This document shows positions 31,248 to 42,490 of a stretch of DNA of 64,000 nt, in pieces (the stretch's first letter is position 1; each line of letters begins with the position of its first letter). The notes beneath the pieces are model-generated. The model was not told the origin of the DNA, did no database searches, and saw nothing but the letters and a program-made list of their open reading frames with translations. The stretch is from Leptospira sp. GTDB taxonomy: Bacteria > Spirochaetota > Leptospiria > Leptospirales > Leptospiraceae. A program made the position numbers and the translations under genes. The stretch lies in the NCBI GenBank assembly GCA_034439575.1, contig JAWXAQ010000022.1:64001-128000 (forward strand), written 5' to 3'.

Positions 31248-31721
31248 ATGAAACGAATGGGAAAAAACAGAAAGTATAGAGAAGGATTGACATTAATCGA
31301 GCTAACGGTCGTTATCTTGATCATTGGTTCACTAATGGGAATTCTATATGCAGGTTTTAAGAACTTTGGAAGTGGTAACGATAGCCAAGCAAAATTAAAA
31401 GTACAAAACGACAGTCGTATCCTTGAAATAAAACTGCGTGAATACTTTGATAAATTTGCAAAATATCCTACCGAAGAACAAGGCTTACGCGCTCTTATCG
31501 AACGTCCAGATGATGAAGAAATCGCGGCTGACTATGAACCATTGATTCGTGATAAGTCGGTAATGAAAGACCCTTGGGGAACTCCATACCAATTAAAATA
31601 CGATGAGAATAATACGTATCAAATACTTACGCTTGGTGCTGATAAAAAAGAAGGTGGCGAAGGTAGAAATAAAGATTTTAATATTTTAGATACGGAAGAT
31701 TATCCGACCGCATTAAAATAA
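31248..31721 (+). CDS. gspG: major pseudopilin G
   Basis: REG|LTLIE prepilin motif, YPTEEQGLRALI, KDPWG, LGAD. Confidence 0.92.
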   Translation: MKRMGKNRKYREGLTLIELTVVILIIGSLMGILYAGFKNFGSGNDSQAKLKVQNDSRILEIKLREYFDKFAKYPTEEQGLRALIERPDDEEIAADYEPLIRDKSVMKDPWGTPYQLKYDENNTYQILTLGADKKEGGEGRNKDFNILDTEDYPTALK

Positions 31722-32357
31722 ATGTCAAAACTTGGCCGAAGATTGGCCAAAAGAAAATCAGTTCGATCAGGTTTAACTTTGGTCGAACTGGTGATTGTAA
31801 TTTTTATAGTTGGGTTCCTAATGGTTTTTGTAGGCGGGATACTTCGCAATCTCGTAGTACCAACAACTGAAGATGTATCCGCCAAATTATCTGAAGCATT
31901 TAAATTTGGTGCAGATAAAGCGCAATTAACTAACCAAACCGTTGTTTTTCGCTATAATTTTGAAACAGCCGAATACCAATTTTTTTCTTTGAAACGAGAA
32001 GAAGACGGAATCGTCGAAGAAAGTATACTTAAAAAAACAAAATTACCCTTTTATTCAAAGATCGTCAAAACGAGAGATTTTTCAGGAAAAGTCACGTACC
32101 AAGGAGAGGTAAAAATTTTATTCTCTCCGCAAGGGAATACGACAGATTTATTTCTATATTTAGGAACTGACTCAGAAATAAAAAAAACAATGCAGCTTTT
32201 TCGATATTCTGGAAAAATTAAAATTTATCCAGGGGAATTTCTATATGAAGACCAATCAGCTAACCAACCCAAGGTTTCTTACGGATTAGATGAAAGGGAT
32301 GAACAAGGTGATCAAAATTCGAGTAGCTCAAAACAACCTCGCACAACAGCCCGTTAG
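31722..32357 (+). CDS. gspH: minor pseudopilin H
   Basis: RSG|LTLVEL prepilin motif; position in operon. Confidence 0.75.
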   Translation: MSKLGRRLAKRKSVRSGLTLVELVIVIFIVGFLMVFVGGILRNLVVPTTEDVSAKLSEAFKFGADKAQLTNQTVVFRYNFETAEYQFFSLKREEDGIVEESILKKTKLPFYSKIVKTRDFSGKVTYQGEVKILFSPQGNTTDLFLYLGTDSEIKKTMQLFRYSGKIKIYPGEFLYEDQSANQPKVSYGLDERDEQGDQNSSSSKQPRTTAR

Positions 32358-32853
32358 ATCAGGATTTACTTTGATTGAAGTCACTATTGGTATGGCAATG
32401 GCAGCTGTTGCTATGGTTTATACATATTCTATGATTGCAGACGGTATGAGGTATCAAAAACAAGGTGTACAATTAGCGAATGCTGTCCACCTAGCAAAGA
32501 TTAAAATGGCCCAAGTAGATTCTTCTACCACAATGGTATCTGATACCACAAAAGGCCCAGTTCCTGGATTCCCTGGATATGAATTTGTTACTGAAATCAA
32601 AGAAGAAGAAATGGATCTTTTGAAACTTGCTGGTGGTCCGAATGCCGATGCCTTACGAAAAAAAGCCCCCAAAGACTTATTAGGCGATAAAGACGTGGGA
32701 TTAAATAATTTAATGAAAGAACGAGGCAAAAGTAAGACATTTGAAACTGGTGGTATTTTAAAAGTATTTCGAATCAAAGTATCCATTACTTATCCCGATG
32801 GCACAAAAAAGAATACCTACTCAGTAGAAACATTCCGTTCGACAAAATACTAA
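32290..32853 (+). CDS. gspI: minor pseudopilin I
   Basis: RSG|FTLIEV prepilin motif; position in operon; start uncertain. Confidence 0.75.
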   Translation: MKGMNKVIKIRVAQNNLAQQPVRSGFTLIEVTIGMAMAAVAMVYTYSMIADGMRYQKQGVQLANAVHLAKIKMAQVDSSTTMVSDTTKGPVPGFPGYEFVTEIKEEEMDLLKLAGGPNADALRKKAPKDLLGDKDVGLNNLMKERGKSKTFETGGILKVFRIKVSITYPDGTKKNTYSVETFRSTKY

Positions 32854-33485
32854 TGAAACTTCGTAAAGGATTCACACTGATAGAAATTTCCATAGTTGTG
32901 ATGGTACTGGGTAGTATCTTCTCTGGGATTTTTATGGTTTTTTATACATCCAATAATATAGCAAAGAAGGGTGCCGCACAAAAAGGAGCCAATCGAAAAG
33001 AGATTTTGTATGCGGTAGAAAATATTCGCTCGAGTCTTGCCAGAACCTATTTTATAGATAACCAAAGGCGCGTTCTATTTGTCGGAAAATCGGAAGGAGC
33101 ACCTGGGGAACGAAATGATCGCATTGTTTTTTGTTCTTCGAATCCCAATGCGGAAGAGGAAGACAGTGCTTCTGTAAGAGAAGTTTCTTTTTATTTGCGA
33201 AAAATGCAAAATCCCAAAAGACCAGATTTATTTTATCTCATTCGTAGAGAAGATGAGATGGTAGACAATTTTCCAACCCAAGGTGGAATCGAACATATCC
33301 TCCTTGAAAACGTGAAAAGCTTTCAGTTAAAGTATTCGGAGAGAGGGGAAAAGTGGGTAGAAGATTGGAATTCGAGAACGACAAAAAAGATACCCAGGCT
33401 CATTCGCATTGAGATTGTTTCTCTTGCTGGCAATGCATTTTTAAAATATGAATCACTCGCGCACCCGGTTATATTACACAAATAG
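32853..33485 (+). CDS. gspJ: minor pseudopilin J
   Basis: RKG|FTLIEI; C-terminal W.EDW..IPRLIRI. Confidence 0.8.
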   Translation: MKLRKGFTLIEISIVVMVLGSIFSGIFMVFYTSNNIAKKGAAQKGANRKEILYAVENIRSSLARTYFIDNQRRVLFVGKSEGAPGERNDRIVFCSSNPNAEEEDSASVREVSFYLRKMQNPKRPDLFYLIRREDEMVDNFPTQGGIEHILLENVKSFQLKYSERGEKWVEDWNSRTTKKIPRLIRIEIVSLAGNAFLKYESLAHPVILHK

Positions 33486-34548
33486 AAGGAAGAGAGGCGG
33501 TTTCATGGTCTTAGTTTTGATCATGGCACTAGGATCTGCTTCCCTTTTTACGGCGAGTAAATTCTTTCAGGATGCCGCCACGGAATATCAAATTGCCAAA
33601 ACACAGGCGGATGGATTTCGAGCCCATATGCTTGCCAAAGCGGGCTTTATGGGTGCAGTTGGAGCTTTAAAAAAGATCCCCGAAGAAGTATTGTACCAAT
33701 CAGGACTGGCATTGGATCCTCCACCCATTCCACTGGGTGGGGGTGTGATTTATTATACCATGAGTCCAGAAGATGGTAAAATCAATATCAATTCACTCAT
33801 TAAAATTTATGATGACCAACCGAACCAACGTTCCATAGAAATGATGTCTCGATTGTTTTACCAATTCGGTCTCAAACGAGAAATGATTTTTCCCATTTTA
33901 GATTGGATTGATGAAAATTCTACAGAAACGGGTGGGGGTGCGGAATCCTATTATTATTCACGTCTGAAACCTCCTAGAAAAATTAAGAATGCTCCTTTTT
34001 ATAGTTTATCTGAAATGTTGAGTGTCAAAGGGTTCGACCGAAAAACCATTTATGAATCTTTGAAACCAAAAGATTTTGATAAAAATAATTCAAAAGATTT
34101 TTTAAGCCCCGAAGAAAGAGCACTACGTTCCGATAAAGATTATGTATTGTCCAATAACATTACAGCTTATTTACCAGCAGGTGATTCGTATGATGACCGG
34201 ATCAATATCAATACAGCTCCTTATTTTGTTTTGATGTCCCTGTCTGATTTTATGACAAAACAAGCCGCGATGAAGATTTTAAAATTAAAATTACAAAAGG
34301 GCGGCTACTTAAAGGAATTGAAAGATCTCGAAAATGAGCCCGAATTTCAAATCAAAACTACAGGTGAGTTGACATTGTTTAAAGAATTGGCTGGAGAGGG
34401 AACGGAAGTTTCTGGTGGTCGCATTAAAACGAAAGGAGAAGTATACAAGATTACAGGAGTCGGTATCATAAAGGATAAAGTTACACGTAAAGTGACAGGA
34501 CTTTTTGATCTAACCAACAACCAGATGTTATACTACACAGAAGATTAA
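33448..34548 (+). CDS. gspK: minor pseudopilin K
   Basis: RGG|FMVLVL lacking Glu5, DGKININ, ILDWID, SLSEM, ININTAP. Confidence 0.9.
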   Translation: MNHSRTRLYYTNRRKRGGFMVLVLIMALGSASLFTASKFFQDAATEYQIAKTQADGFRAHMLAKAGFMGAVGALKKIPEEVLYQSGLALDPPPIPLGGGVIYYTMSPEDGKININSLIKIYDDQPNQRSIEMMSRLFYQFGLKREMIFPILDWIDENSTETGGGAESYYYSRLKPPRKIKNAPFYSLSEMLSVKGFDRKTIYESLKPKDFDKNNSKDFLSPEERALRSDKDYVLSNNITAYLPAGDSYDDRININTAPYFVLMSLSDFMTKQAAMKILKLKLQKGGYLKELKDLENEPEFQIKTTGELTLFKELAGEGTEVSGGRIKTKGEVYKITGVGIIKDKVTRKVTGLFDLTNNQMLYYTED

Positions 34549-34550
34549 AT

Positions 34551-36173
34551 ATGTTTTCATTTGACCAATACCTTGCAATCGATTATGGCAGTACCTTTCT
34601 TAAAGGTGTACTTTTTAAAAAAGTTTTAGGTAAAGTCACAATTTTACGAACTGAAACCTTACCAGTCGTTCATTTGGATGAAAACGAAGGTGATCCTTAC
34701 GAATACAACATTGTTCGGTTCATTCAGTCATTTTTCCCGGAGGAAAATCGTTTCCTCCTTAATTTAGGAATTCATAATCTATTTGTTCGTGACCTATCCA
34801 TTCCACTCGCAACGGAAAAAGCCATCCAGGAAGTGTTACCATTTGAAATCGAAAACTTAGTTCCATATCCTATGGAAGAGTTGGAAGTGATCGGTAAAAC
34901 TTGGAGACTTGGAAAAGAAGTATCAGAAGTTATTTGTTTTAATGTTCATCATTCAGAACTCAATAGAGCTTTAAAGCCATTTGCCAAAGGTGATTTACAA
35001 TTGTCCTGTTTGTCATTGGACTCATTTGTGATTTCATCAATTATTTCAAAACATCATAATTTGCTAATACACGAAAAAACCGTATTACAATTGGATATCG
35101 GAGGGAAGTATTCGATTCTAAATATTGTCCAAGAAGGTAAATTAAGGCATACCAGACAAATTTATATGGGTGGAAATGAAATCACCGAAGAGATTTCAAA
35201 AATATTAAAAATTGATTTTATAGAAGCTGAGACGATCAAACAAGCGATTAATTTTTCTGTTTTTAGTGAAAAAGAAGATTTAGATTTGGAAGAAAAATTT
35301 ATTTCCAAATATCATATCTCAGCATTACAATTAAAATCCATTAAAAAACTTATCTTTAACAAAATAGATGCGATCATCCATGAAATGGAAAATAGTATTT
35401 TTTCCTTAAGCGAAATGGAAAGACCATCCCTTGTTTTATTATCTGGGGGGGGGAGTTTATTCAAAGGACTTCTCGAACAAATCCAATTAAAAGTAAATTT
35501 GCCAGTAAATCGTTACGATTTTCTGGGTATTTCTGATCCGACGCTTGTGACGGCTATAGGTACAGGCCTTCATTATGAAACGAGAAACAAAGTAAATTTT
35601 TTAGCCACCGGATTTGCAAAAAGAATTAATTCAAACCGATTTAGATTAGGTGCATTTAAAACACATTTAATTTTAGTCGGAATCTCTCTCATACTATTGT
35701 TAGGTGTATTTATTATAGGAATTGTTTTAGATAACCGAAAAATAGCCGCTAACAAAAAAATATTACTCGAAAAATACAAAAGTGGAATCGGTGGTGAAAT
35801 TGGTGATGATGAAGACGTTCTCCTTACGGCCGCAGCAAAATTAAAAGCTGAGAAAAAGAAAACAGAAATCTATCGACTTTTCCTATCTAAGGAAAGTATC
35901 TTAGATTTAATGAATGATGCATCAGAACAATTTCCAAGTTCTGAATCTCTGCCATTTGTTTTGGATCAATTCAATTTCGAAGAAAATGAAATTCAAATTT
36001 ATGGTAGGGTCAATGAATTTGGTGAGATTGGAACGATTCAATCTGCTTTAGAAAAATCAGAAAAATTTACGAATATACAAGTATTAAATAAAAGGCTTAT
36101 AACAGGGGTTAATAAGCTGAAAGTAAGTTTTAAAATTAAAATGGATTTAGTGATACCGAAGGATGACCTCTAA
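34551..36173 (+). CDS. gspL: GspL-type protein (PilM/FtsA-like cytoplasmic domain, TM, PilN-like periplasmic domain)
   Basis: LAIDYGS, LDIGG, LLSGGGS actin-fold motifs; TM; position before gspM. Confidence 0.75.
   Translation: MFSFDQYLAIDYGSTFLKGVLFKKVLGKVTILRTETLPVVHLDENEGDPYEYNIVRFIQSFFPEENRFLLNLGIHNLFVRDLSIPLATEKAIQEVLPFEIENLVPYPMEELEVIGKTWRLGKEVSEVICFNVHHSELNRALKPFAKGDLQLSCLSLDSFVISSIISKHHNLLIHEKTVLQLDIGGKYSILNIVQEGKLRHTRQIYMGGNEITEEISKILKIDFIEAETIKQAINFSVFSEKEDLDLEEKFISKYHISALQLKSIKKLIFNKIDAIIHEMENSIFSLSEMERPSLVLLSGGGSLFKGLLEQIQLKVNLPVNRYDFLGISDPTLVTAIGTGLHYETRNKVNFLATGFAKRINSNRFRLGAFKTHLILVGISLILLLGVFIIGIVLDNRKIAANKKILLEKYKSGIGGEIGDDEDVLLTAAAKLKAEKKKTEIYRLFLSKESILDLMNDASEQFPSSESLPFVLDQFNFEENEIQIYGRVNEFGEIGTIQSALEKSEKFTNIQVLNKRLITGVNKLKVSFKIKMDLVIPKDDL
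35445..35453 (+). repeat. G9 homopolymer within gspL (in frame, GGG GGG GGG)
   Basis: Read directly: tct ggg ggg ggg agt. Confidence 0.95.
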
Positions 36174-36697
36174 TGCTTGATCGATTAAATGATAGAGAAA
36201 GGATTTTAGTTTTCGGTGCTATAACGCTTGTATCGATCCTTGGAATTTATACTATATTATCTTTGTTTGTTGATTTGCGAAATAAATTAACTGAAGAAAT
36301 TTATGAAACAAGATCCCAGGCGACGCAATTGGACAGGATCATTCGAGAATATAACTATTTGCGAAGTTTGCAAACAGGCGGTAGCGAAGAAGATGTAAGT
36401 GTTATGTATTCGAAATTGGATCAAATAATGGTGAGATATAATCTTAAAGATAAAGTTCAAACTATGAAAGATTCAAATACTGTGATACGAAAAGATTATA
36501 ATAAAATCACAATTGATGTTTCATTTCGTTCCGTTTTGTTACAAGATGTGATCAAAATGATATACGATATTGAAAAAAACAAACAAGTACAAGCAAAAGT
36601 TGATTATTTAACATTTCGAAAACCATTTGCTGAAAAAGAAGTATATGATATTAACTTGAAAATTTCATCTTATAGTCGTATAACAAAAGGTAAATAA
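36173..36697 (+). CDS. gspM: type II secretion protein M-like
   Basis: LNDRERIL followed by TM, coiled coil, ferredoxin-like end. Confidence 0.75.
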   Translation: MLDRLNDRERILVFGAITLVSILGIYTILSLFVDLRNKLTEEIYETRSQATQLDRIIREYNYLRSLQTGGSEEDVSVMYSKLDQIMVRYNLKDKVQTMKDSNTVIRKDYNKITIDVSFRSVLLQDVIKMIYDIEKNKQVQAKVDYLTFRKPFAEKEVYDINLKISSYSRITKGK

Positions 36698-36699
36698 TT

Positions 36700-37707
36700 A
36701 TGGCTAAAGAAAAAAATACCCCAATAGATTCTGATTTAAATGAAGATGAATTTATCGATGCTGACTTACTTCAAGAATCATTATTGGAAGAAAATGCGTC
36801 TGACAATGAAGATTTGGATGATCATGAAGAACACGAAGAAATTAGTAAATTAGATTCAAGAAAGATTGTTTTGTTAGTTGGTCTTGGCTTTTTGTCATTT
36901 GTCATTTTTTTACTTTTTACTTTTCCCTTAGATGAAATGGTTCGTTCTGTTTTAGTTCAGACATCCAAAGATTCGGGAATCATACTGGAAGCTAAAGAAA
37001 TCCATTTTCCTTTTCTCGGAAGAAAGTCATTTGATTCTTTTTCAGCCCAGTTCTCTAGCGGAACGGTTGTTAAAGCCGAAGAATTGAGTGTCTCTGTTTC
37101 AGTTTTAGGATTATTAAATCAAAGAATTGATGGTGATGCTGAATTTGGTTTTTTCAAATTCGATGGTGGCGAATTATCTTTTCAATTCCGCTCTATTGTC
37201 TTTCCACTGCGAATTACTTCCATTGAAGACAAGATTACAAAATGGAATGGAGAAGGTGAGATTGAGTTTTCTGGAGGTAAAATTTTTGAATCCATGGAGA
37301 TCCCTATGCTTGGTTCTTTAAAAGGGCACGAGATAAGGAAAGGAAGTCTTCAATTCAAAATCCGATCCGGTAAATTATTAATCGAAAAGGGTAATATCGA
37401 TTCAAGTATTGCAAAGATAAATTTTCAAGGTGTGATAAGACTTTCAGACGCTATCAACTTATCTCAGTTAGAGTTAAAAGTTTGCGCCACTCTGAACGAA
37501 AAATTTGCTCTCGAGAGGCAAGATATTGCAGGGCTTGCCACTTTGTTACCACAAGAAAACGGTAAAATTTGTGTTCCGATTCGAGGAAGTATTTCTTCAC
37601 CTAAGGTTGATGTTCCTAACTTAAACCAGTTTGGGAATACTACAGGGATACAGACGGAAAAAACTGAAATAGAGCCGGCAAACTTAGAACCCGCGCCGAC
37701 TCCTTAA
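36700..37707 (+). CDS. gspN: type II secretion protein N
   Basis: Acidic N-terminus, TM ending TFP, beta-rich body; last gene of operon. Confidence 0.7.
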   Translation: MAKEKNTPIDSDLNEDEFIDADLLQESLLEENASDNEDLDDHEEHEEISKLDSRKIVLLVGLGFLSFVIFLLFTFPLDEMVRSVLVQTSKDSGIILEAKEIHFPFLGRKSFDSFSAQFSSGTVVKAEELSVSVSVLGLLNQRIDGDAEFGFFKFDGGELSFQFRSIVFPLRITSIEDKITKWNGEGEIEFSGGKIFESMEIPMLGSLKGHEIRKGSLQFKIRSGKLLIEKGNIDSSIAKINFQGVIRLSDAINLSQLELKVCATLNEKFALERQDIAGLATLLPQENGKICVPIRGSISSPKVDVPNLNQFGNTTGIQTEKTEIEPANLEPAPTP

Positions 37708-37715
37708 GCAAATTT

Positions 37716-37747
37716 TAGTAGTCTATCAATTTATTCAAAGGCTACTA
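37716..37747. terminator. possible bidirectional terminator between convergent gspN and nrdJ
   Basis: TAGTAGTCT / AGGCTACTA inverted repeat, 1 mismatch. Confidence 0.35.
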
Positions 37748-40700
37748 CTATGAGCAACCAGTTGTAGCTCCACATGAGATACACTTCAAACAAGCACCAT
37801 TACGCACCATTTGAAAAGATCCGCATTCTGTACAAGAATCTCCCGTATAACCCTTGATTCGCGCCTCAGCAATATTTCTAAGAGTCTCAGCGGTCGTCGC
37901 TGTTCCCGCCAGTGTTGTATTTCCTGAAGAAACCATAACACTCGCGAGTACTGGTTCAGGCGCTTTGTCCGTTAAGGCTGTTTTCATAGATAGTGGTGAA
38001 ACCGGCAACGGTGCTTTATAACCGTTGTTACTTGACTTTCCCACAACATCTTCCTTAGGAGTTTCTGCCTTTCTACCAACTTCATCAGTTCTAAGATCCT
38101 CTGGTGAAACTTGTGCAAGGTCATAACGTCCAAGATAAGTAACAGCAAGCTCTCTAAATATATAATCAATCACAGAAGTCGACATCTTAAGATGTGCATT
38201 CCCAGACACCATACCATTTGGTTCAAACTTGAAGAATGTGAAGGCTTCTACAAATTCTTCTAATGGAACACCATGTTGGAGACCAAGGGAGATTGCGATA
38301 GCAAAAGCATTCATCAATGAGCGAAATGCCGCACCTTCTTTGTGCATATCTATAAAAATCTCGCCTAACTGACCATCTTCGTATTCGCCTGTGCGAAGAT
38401 ATACTTTGTGTCCCCCAACCATCGCTTTTTGCGTATAACCTGCTCTGCGATGTGGTAGTTTTCTTCTCTCTGAAATGTATTTATAAACTAACTTCTCTGC
38501 AACTTCAGTTACAGACTTAGGCATAACATTTGCTAATGGTTTTTCTTCTTCAGTTTCCTCTTCGATAGAACTAAGAAGTTGGTACACAGAATTGAGTGGT
38601 TGCGAAAGTTTTGAACCATCACGATACAATGCGTTTGCTTTGATCATGACTTTCCAAGACATAAGGTATGCATTTTTTACATCGTCAATGGTTGCTTCTT
38701 CTGGTAGATTGATTGTTTTTGAAATCGCACCAGAGATGAACGGTTGAGCCGCTGCCATAATTCGAATGTGAGAAGGATAAGATAAATATCTTTTTCCATA
38801 CTTACCGCATTTATTAGCACAATCGAAAACAGGTAGATCCTTTTCTTTGATATAAGGAGCATTTTCAATTGTCATTGTACCACAGACATAGTCATTCGCC
38901 TGACTAATGTCATCTTGTGTAAAACCCAAATACTCAAGTAAATTGAAACTTCCATTGTTATATAAGGAAGGATCAATGCCCAAAGTTTTATTGAAAAAGT
39001 CTTCACCTAGCGTGTATTTATTGAAAGCGAATTGAATATCAAAAACAAAGGGGAGTTGTTTTTCTAATTTTTCTAGCAGATCTTCCGTAAAACCTTTTTC
39101 TTTGAGACGTGCTGTGTTAACTCCAGGTGCACCATTGAAAGTCGCATGTCCTTTACAATAGTTTACGATGGCGTCTTGTTCTGCTTGCGAATAGCCAAGT
39201 TTTTTAAGAGCAAGAGGCACAGATTGGTTGATGATTTTAAAATATCCACCACCAGCCAGTTTTTTGAATTTTACTAAAGCAAAATCAGGTTCAATTCCCG
39301 TTGTATCACAATCCATCACAAGACCAATGGTTCCCGTCGGGGCAATCACTGTTACTTGCGCATTACGATATCCAAATTGATTCCCAAGTTCCAACGCTCT
39401 GTCAGAATCTTCTTTCGCTGCTTCCAAGAGGTAACTAGGAAGGTATGATGGATTGATACCAATTGGTGTAATGGTTAATCCTTCGTATTCTTCTTTAGGA
39501 GCATTGTATGCAGCACGTCTATGGTTACGAATCACACGTAACATGTGTTCTTTGTTTTTCTTATAACCATCAAATGTTCCGAGTTCACTAGCCATTTCTG
39601 CCGAAGTCGCATACGCTGTCATATGCATGATGCTTGATATGGCTCCAGTTACTGCCATAGCTTCCGGGCTATCATATGGAATTCCCATAACCATAAGTAA
39701 GGAACCTAAATTCGCATAACCAAGGCCAAGTGTTCTGAACTTGTAAGAAAGTTCTGCAATTTCCTTGGAAGGAAACTGAGCCATCAAAACTGAAATCTCA
39801 AGGATAATGGTCCAAATTTTATTTAGATAACGGTATCCTTCCACATCGAAACTACCATCTTCTTTGAAAAATTTGACTAAGTTCGCTGATGCTAAATTGC
39901 AGGCAGTGTTGTCCAAAAACATATATTCTGAACAAGGATTTGAAGCATTGATTGCTCCGTCTTCTGGGCAAGTGTGCCATTCATTAATGGTTGTATGATA
40001 CTGAGTGCCAGGGTCTGCAGAGCTCCAAGCCGCATTAGATATTTTTTCCCAAAGGTCGCGAGCCCGAACTGTTTTTGCTGGTTTTGGTTCGCGGGATTCT
40101 CTTTTGGATTTTTCTTTTTCTGTGCGATTGTAGAGGTGGAAGGGTAGGTCTTTCTCGACGGCTTCCATAAAATCATTAGTGATTCGTACTGAATTGTTTG
40201 AGTTTTGACCTGATACGGTATTATATGCTTCAGACTGCCAATCCGTTGTTAGTTCTTCAAATAAAATATCTTTGTAACCTTGTTTTGCTAAATCCAAAAC
40301 TCGTTTGATATAATTGTCTGGGATAAATGATTTGCGTGCTTTTTGAATGGCAAGTTTTAGGCTTGAGTTTGCCAATGGGTCATACGCTTTTTCTTCACCA
40401 AGTGTCTGTTTTGCTTGGTTACATGCAGCCATAATTTCATTGAGAAGACGATTGTTAAGTATGGAACCTGTGACGAGAGATGCTACTTTTTTCTCTTCTT
40501 GTACTTTCCAATCTATAAATTCTTCAATGTCTGGGTGATCCATATCCAAACAGACCATCTTTGCCGCGCGTCTTGTGGTTCCACCAGATTTAATGGCACC
40601 AGCGGCACGATCACCGATTTTCAAAAATGACATGAGGCCAGAACTTTTCCCGCCACCTGACAAGGATTCGTTGCCGGCACGGATGTTTGAAAAATTTGTC

Positions 40701-41395
40701 CCTGTTCCAGAACCATATTTAAAAAGGCGTGCTTCACGAACCCATAAGTCCATGATTCCGCCTTCATTGACTAAATCATCATCAACTGATTGAATGAAAC
40801 AAGCATGAGGTTGTGGGTGTTCGTAAGAAGATGTAGACCTTACTAGTTTTGCCGATTTTGGGTCCACATAATAATGGCCTTGAGACTTACCATCTATGCC
40901 ATAAGCCCAATGTAGTCCTGTATTAAACCATTGCGGGGAGTTAGGTGCAGCCATTTGGCTTGCCAACATAAAGATCGTTTCTTCATAAAAATTACGCGCA
41001 CTATCTTCGTCAGTGAAATAACCGTGTTTGTATCCCCAATATGTCCAACATCCTGCTAGGCGATGAAACACTTGTTTTGTGTCGGATTCCCCAATGAATC
41101 GATCTTCTGGCTTTAATGCAGAAAGTTTTTCTTCATCAGGCTCTGACCTTTGGAGCCATTCAGGGATTCCTTTCTCAGCTACCTTTTTCAGGTATTTAGG
41201 AACTCCTTTTCTACGGAAATATTTTTGAGAGATGATATCTGTTGCTACTTGCGACCAAAAATCTGGAACTTCTACATCGTTTGCTTCAAATACGATTGAA
41301 CCATCGGGATTGGTAATTCTTGAATCCTTACGTAACCAGGTAATTCCTGGATAAAGTCCCGTTTTTTCCTTTGTAAAATGCCTCTCGATTTTCAT
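37748..41395 (-). CDS. nrdJ: vitamin B12-dependent (class II) ribonucleotide reductase
   Basis: [40 protein letters not shown]-like domain, C-terminal CxxC..CxxC..GCS. Confidence 0.97.
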   Translation of the reverse strand: MKIERHFTKEKTGLYPGITWLRKDSRITNPDGSIVFEANDVEVPDFWSQVATDIISQKYFRRKGVPKYLKKVAEKGIPEWLQRSEPDEEKLSALKPEDRFIGESDTKQVFHRLAGCWTYWGYKHGYFTDEDSARNFYEETIFMLASQMAAPNSPQWFNTGLHWAYGIDGKSQGHYYVDPKSAKLVRSTSSYEHPQPHACFIQSVDDDLVNEGGIMDLWVREARLFKYGSGTGTNFSNIRAGNESLSGGGKSSGLMSFLKIGDRAAGAIKSGGTTRRAAKMVCLDMDHPDIEEFIDWKVQEEKKVASLVTGSILNNRLLNEIMAACNQAKQTLGEEKAYDPLANSSLKLAIQKARKSFIPDNYIKRVLDLAKQGYKDILFEELTTDWQSEAYNTVSGQNSNNSVRITNDFMEAVEKDLPFHLYNRTEKEKSKRESREPKPAKTVRARDLWEKISNAAWSSADPGTQYHTTINEWHTCPEDGAINASNPCSEYMFLDNTACNLASANLVKFFKEDGSFDVEGYRYLNKIWTIILEISVLMAQFPSKEIAELSYKFRTLGLGYANLGSLLMVMGIPYDSPEAMAVTGAISSIMHMTAYATSAEMASELGTFDGYKKNKEHMLRVIRNHRRAAYNAPKEEYEGLTITPIGINPSYLPSYLLEAAKEDSDRALELGNQFGYRNAQVTVIAPTGTIGLVMDCDTTGIEPDFALVKFKKLAGGGYFKIINQSVPLALKKLGYSQAEQDAIVNYCKGHATFNGAPGVNTARLKEKGFTEDLLEKLEKQLPFVFDIQFAFNKYTLGEDFFNKTLGIDPSLYNNGSFNLLEYLGFTQDDISQANDYVCGTMTIENAPYIKEKDLPVFDCANKCGKYGKRYLSYPSHIRIMAAAQPFISGAISKTINLPEEATIDDVKNAYLMSWKVMIKANALYRDGSKLSQPLNSVYQLLSSIEEETEEEKPLANVMPKSVTEVAEKLVYKYISERRKLPHRRAGYTQKAMVGGHKVYLRTGEYEDGQLGEIFIDMHKEGAAFRSLMNAFAIAISLGLQHGVPLEEFVEAFTFFKFEPNGMVSGNAHLKMSTSVIDYIFRELAVTYLGRYDLAQVSPEDLRTDEVGRKAETPKEDVVGKSSNNGYKAPLPVSPLSMKTALTDKAPEPVLASVMVSSGNTTLAGTATTAETLRNIAEARIKGYTGDSCTECGSFQMVRNGACLKCISCGATTGCS

Positions 41396-41565
41396 GCAAA
41401 CCCCATCTCAACTATTTATATGTAATTATGTCGCCGTATTTGAGCAATACGGATTATGTCACAATATCGAAATCGAAAGTTTGAAACATTCATTTTTTCA
41501 CTCCAAAGAGATACTTCGTCTGCTTTTTTTTTGTCAGAGAAAAGATTACGTCATATCTTTTTATC

Positions 41566-41593
41566 TTGACCCATAGACCGATATTTTTATTAT
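41566..41593 (+). promoter_or_regulatory. sigma-70 promoter of tRNA-Asn
   Basis: TTGACC-N16-TATTAT followed by a GC discriminator (GGCC). Confidence 0.65.
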
Positions 41594-41612
41594 GGCCAGA
41601 GAGTTTGGTTAT

Positions 41613-41693
<81 letters not shown>

Positions 41694-41737
41694 GTCTTCA
41701 TTTTTCCTTGTTTGATTCCACTTGATTTAGACTCATA

Positions 41738-42409
41738 TTGCGGTTGCAAAGATTGTTTTTAAAACGCAACTTAATCCTAACAATTTATTTCTCTTTATCG
41801 TTTCATTCGCTATTTCCAAATTCCATACTAAAACAAATTCCCGAGACCACCTCGCAAGTGTTACTTGTCACACATTCACAAGATACGGAGGAAACTTATC
41901 TCGAAGTACTCGAATTGGTTTTGGACGAATGGAAAGTTGTGAAACCATTGATTTCTGTTTCAATCGGAAAGTCAGGATTGATTGAAGCCAGAAAAAAGCG
42001 TGAAGGAGATGGAAAAACACCAATCGGATTCTATCCTATAGAAAGGGCCTATGGATTTGAAGAGTTTCCAAATTTTAGAATAAATTATACCAAATTGAAA
42101 GAAGATGATCTCTGGATAGATGATCCAAAATCAAAATTTTATAATCAACAGACATCGTTAAAAAAATCAAAATTAAAAAAACATCGTTTATCTGAATCGC
42201 GAAACATCTATCAGCTTTTTTTAGTCATTGAACATAACACAAAAAGACCAATTCCATACCATGGAAGTATGCTATTTTTACATCCTTGGGAAGCCACAAA
42301 TGGGCCGACGTCTGGATGCATTGGTCTAGAGTTTCAGGAGTTAAAAGAAATCGCAGAATGGCTAGATCCAAAACAAAAGCCATATTTGGTCATTATTGAT
42401 AAGGAATGA
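41738..42409 (+). CDS. L,D-transpeptidase (YkuD-like) family protein
   Basis: KREGDGKTP.G, WIDDPKS..YN, GSMLFLH...PTSGCIGL catalytic His/Cys motif. Confidence 0.85.
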   Translation: MRLQRLFLKRNLILTIYFSLSFHSLFPNSILKQIPETTSQVLLVTHSQDTEETYLEVLELVLDEWKVVKPLISVSIGKSGLIEARKKREGDGKTPIGFYPIERAYGFEEFPNFRINYTKLKEDDLWIDDPKSKFYNQQTSLKKSKLKKHRLSESRNIYQLFLVIEHNTKRPIPYHGSMLFLHPWEATNGPTSGCIGLEFQELKEIAEWLDPKQKPYLVIIDKE

Positions 42410-42490
42410 AGTAAAAATTCGAGTTTAAGTGCTTTCACATTTGAAGTCTCAAATTGCTTTTGAATACCTCTTCTTTTGACGCAATATGGG

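Noticed and set aside
37748-41395. Intein or intron in nrdJ
   Set aside because: Catalytic motifs are contiguous; no splice-junction or LAGLIDADG motifs seen; length fits NrdJ with a C-terminal TSCPD/Zn domain
41396-41612. Cobalamin riboswitch or NrdR boxes upstream of nrdJ
   Set aside because: No B12-box-like sequence, the region is short and AT-rich, and NrdR-box matches are weak
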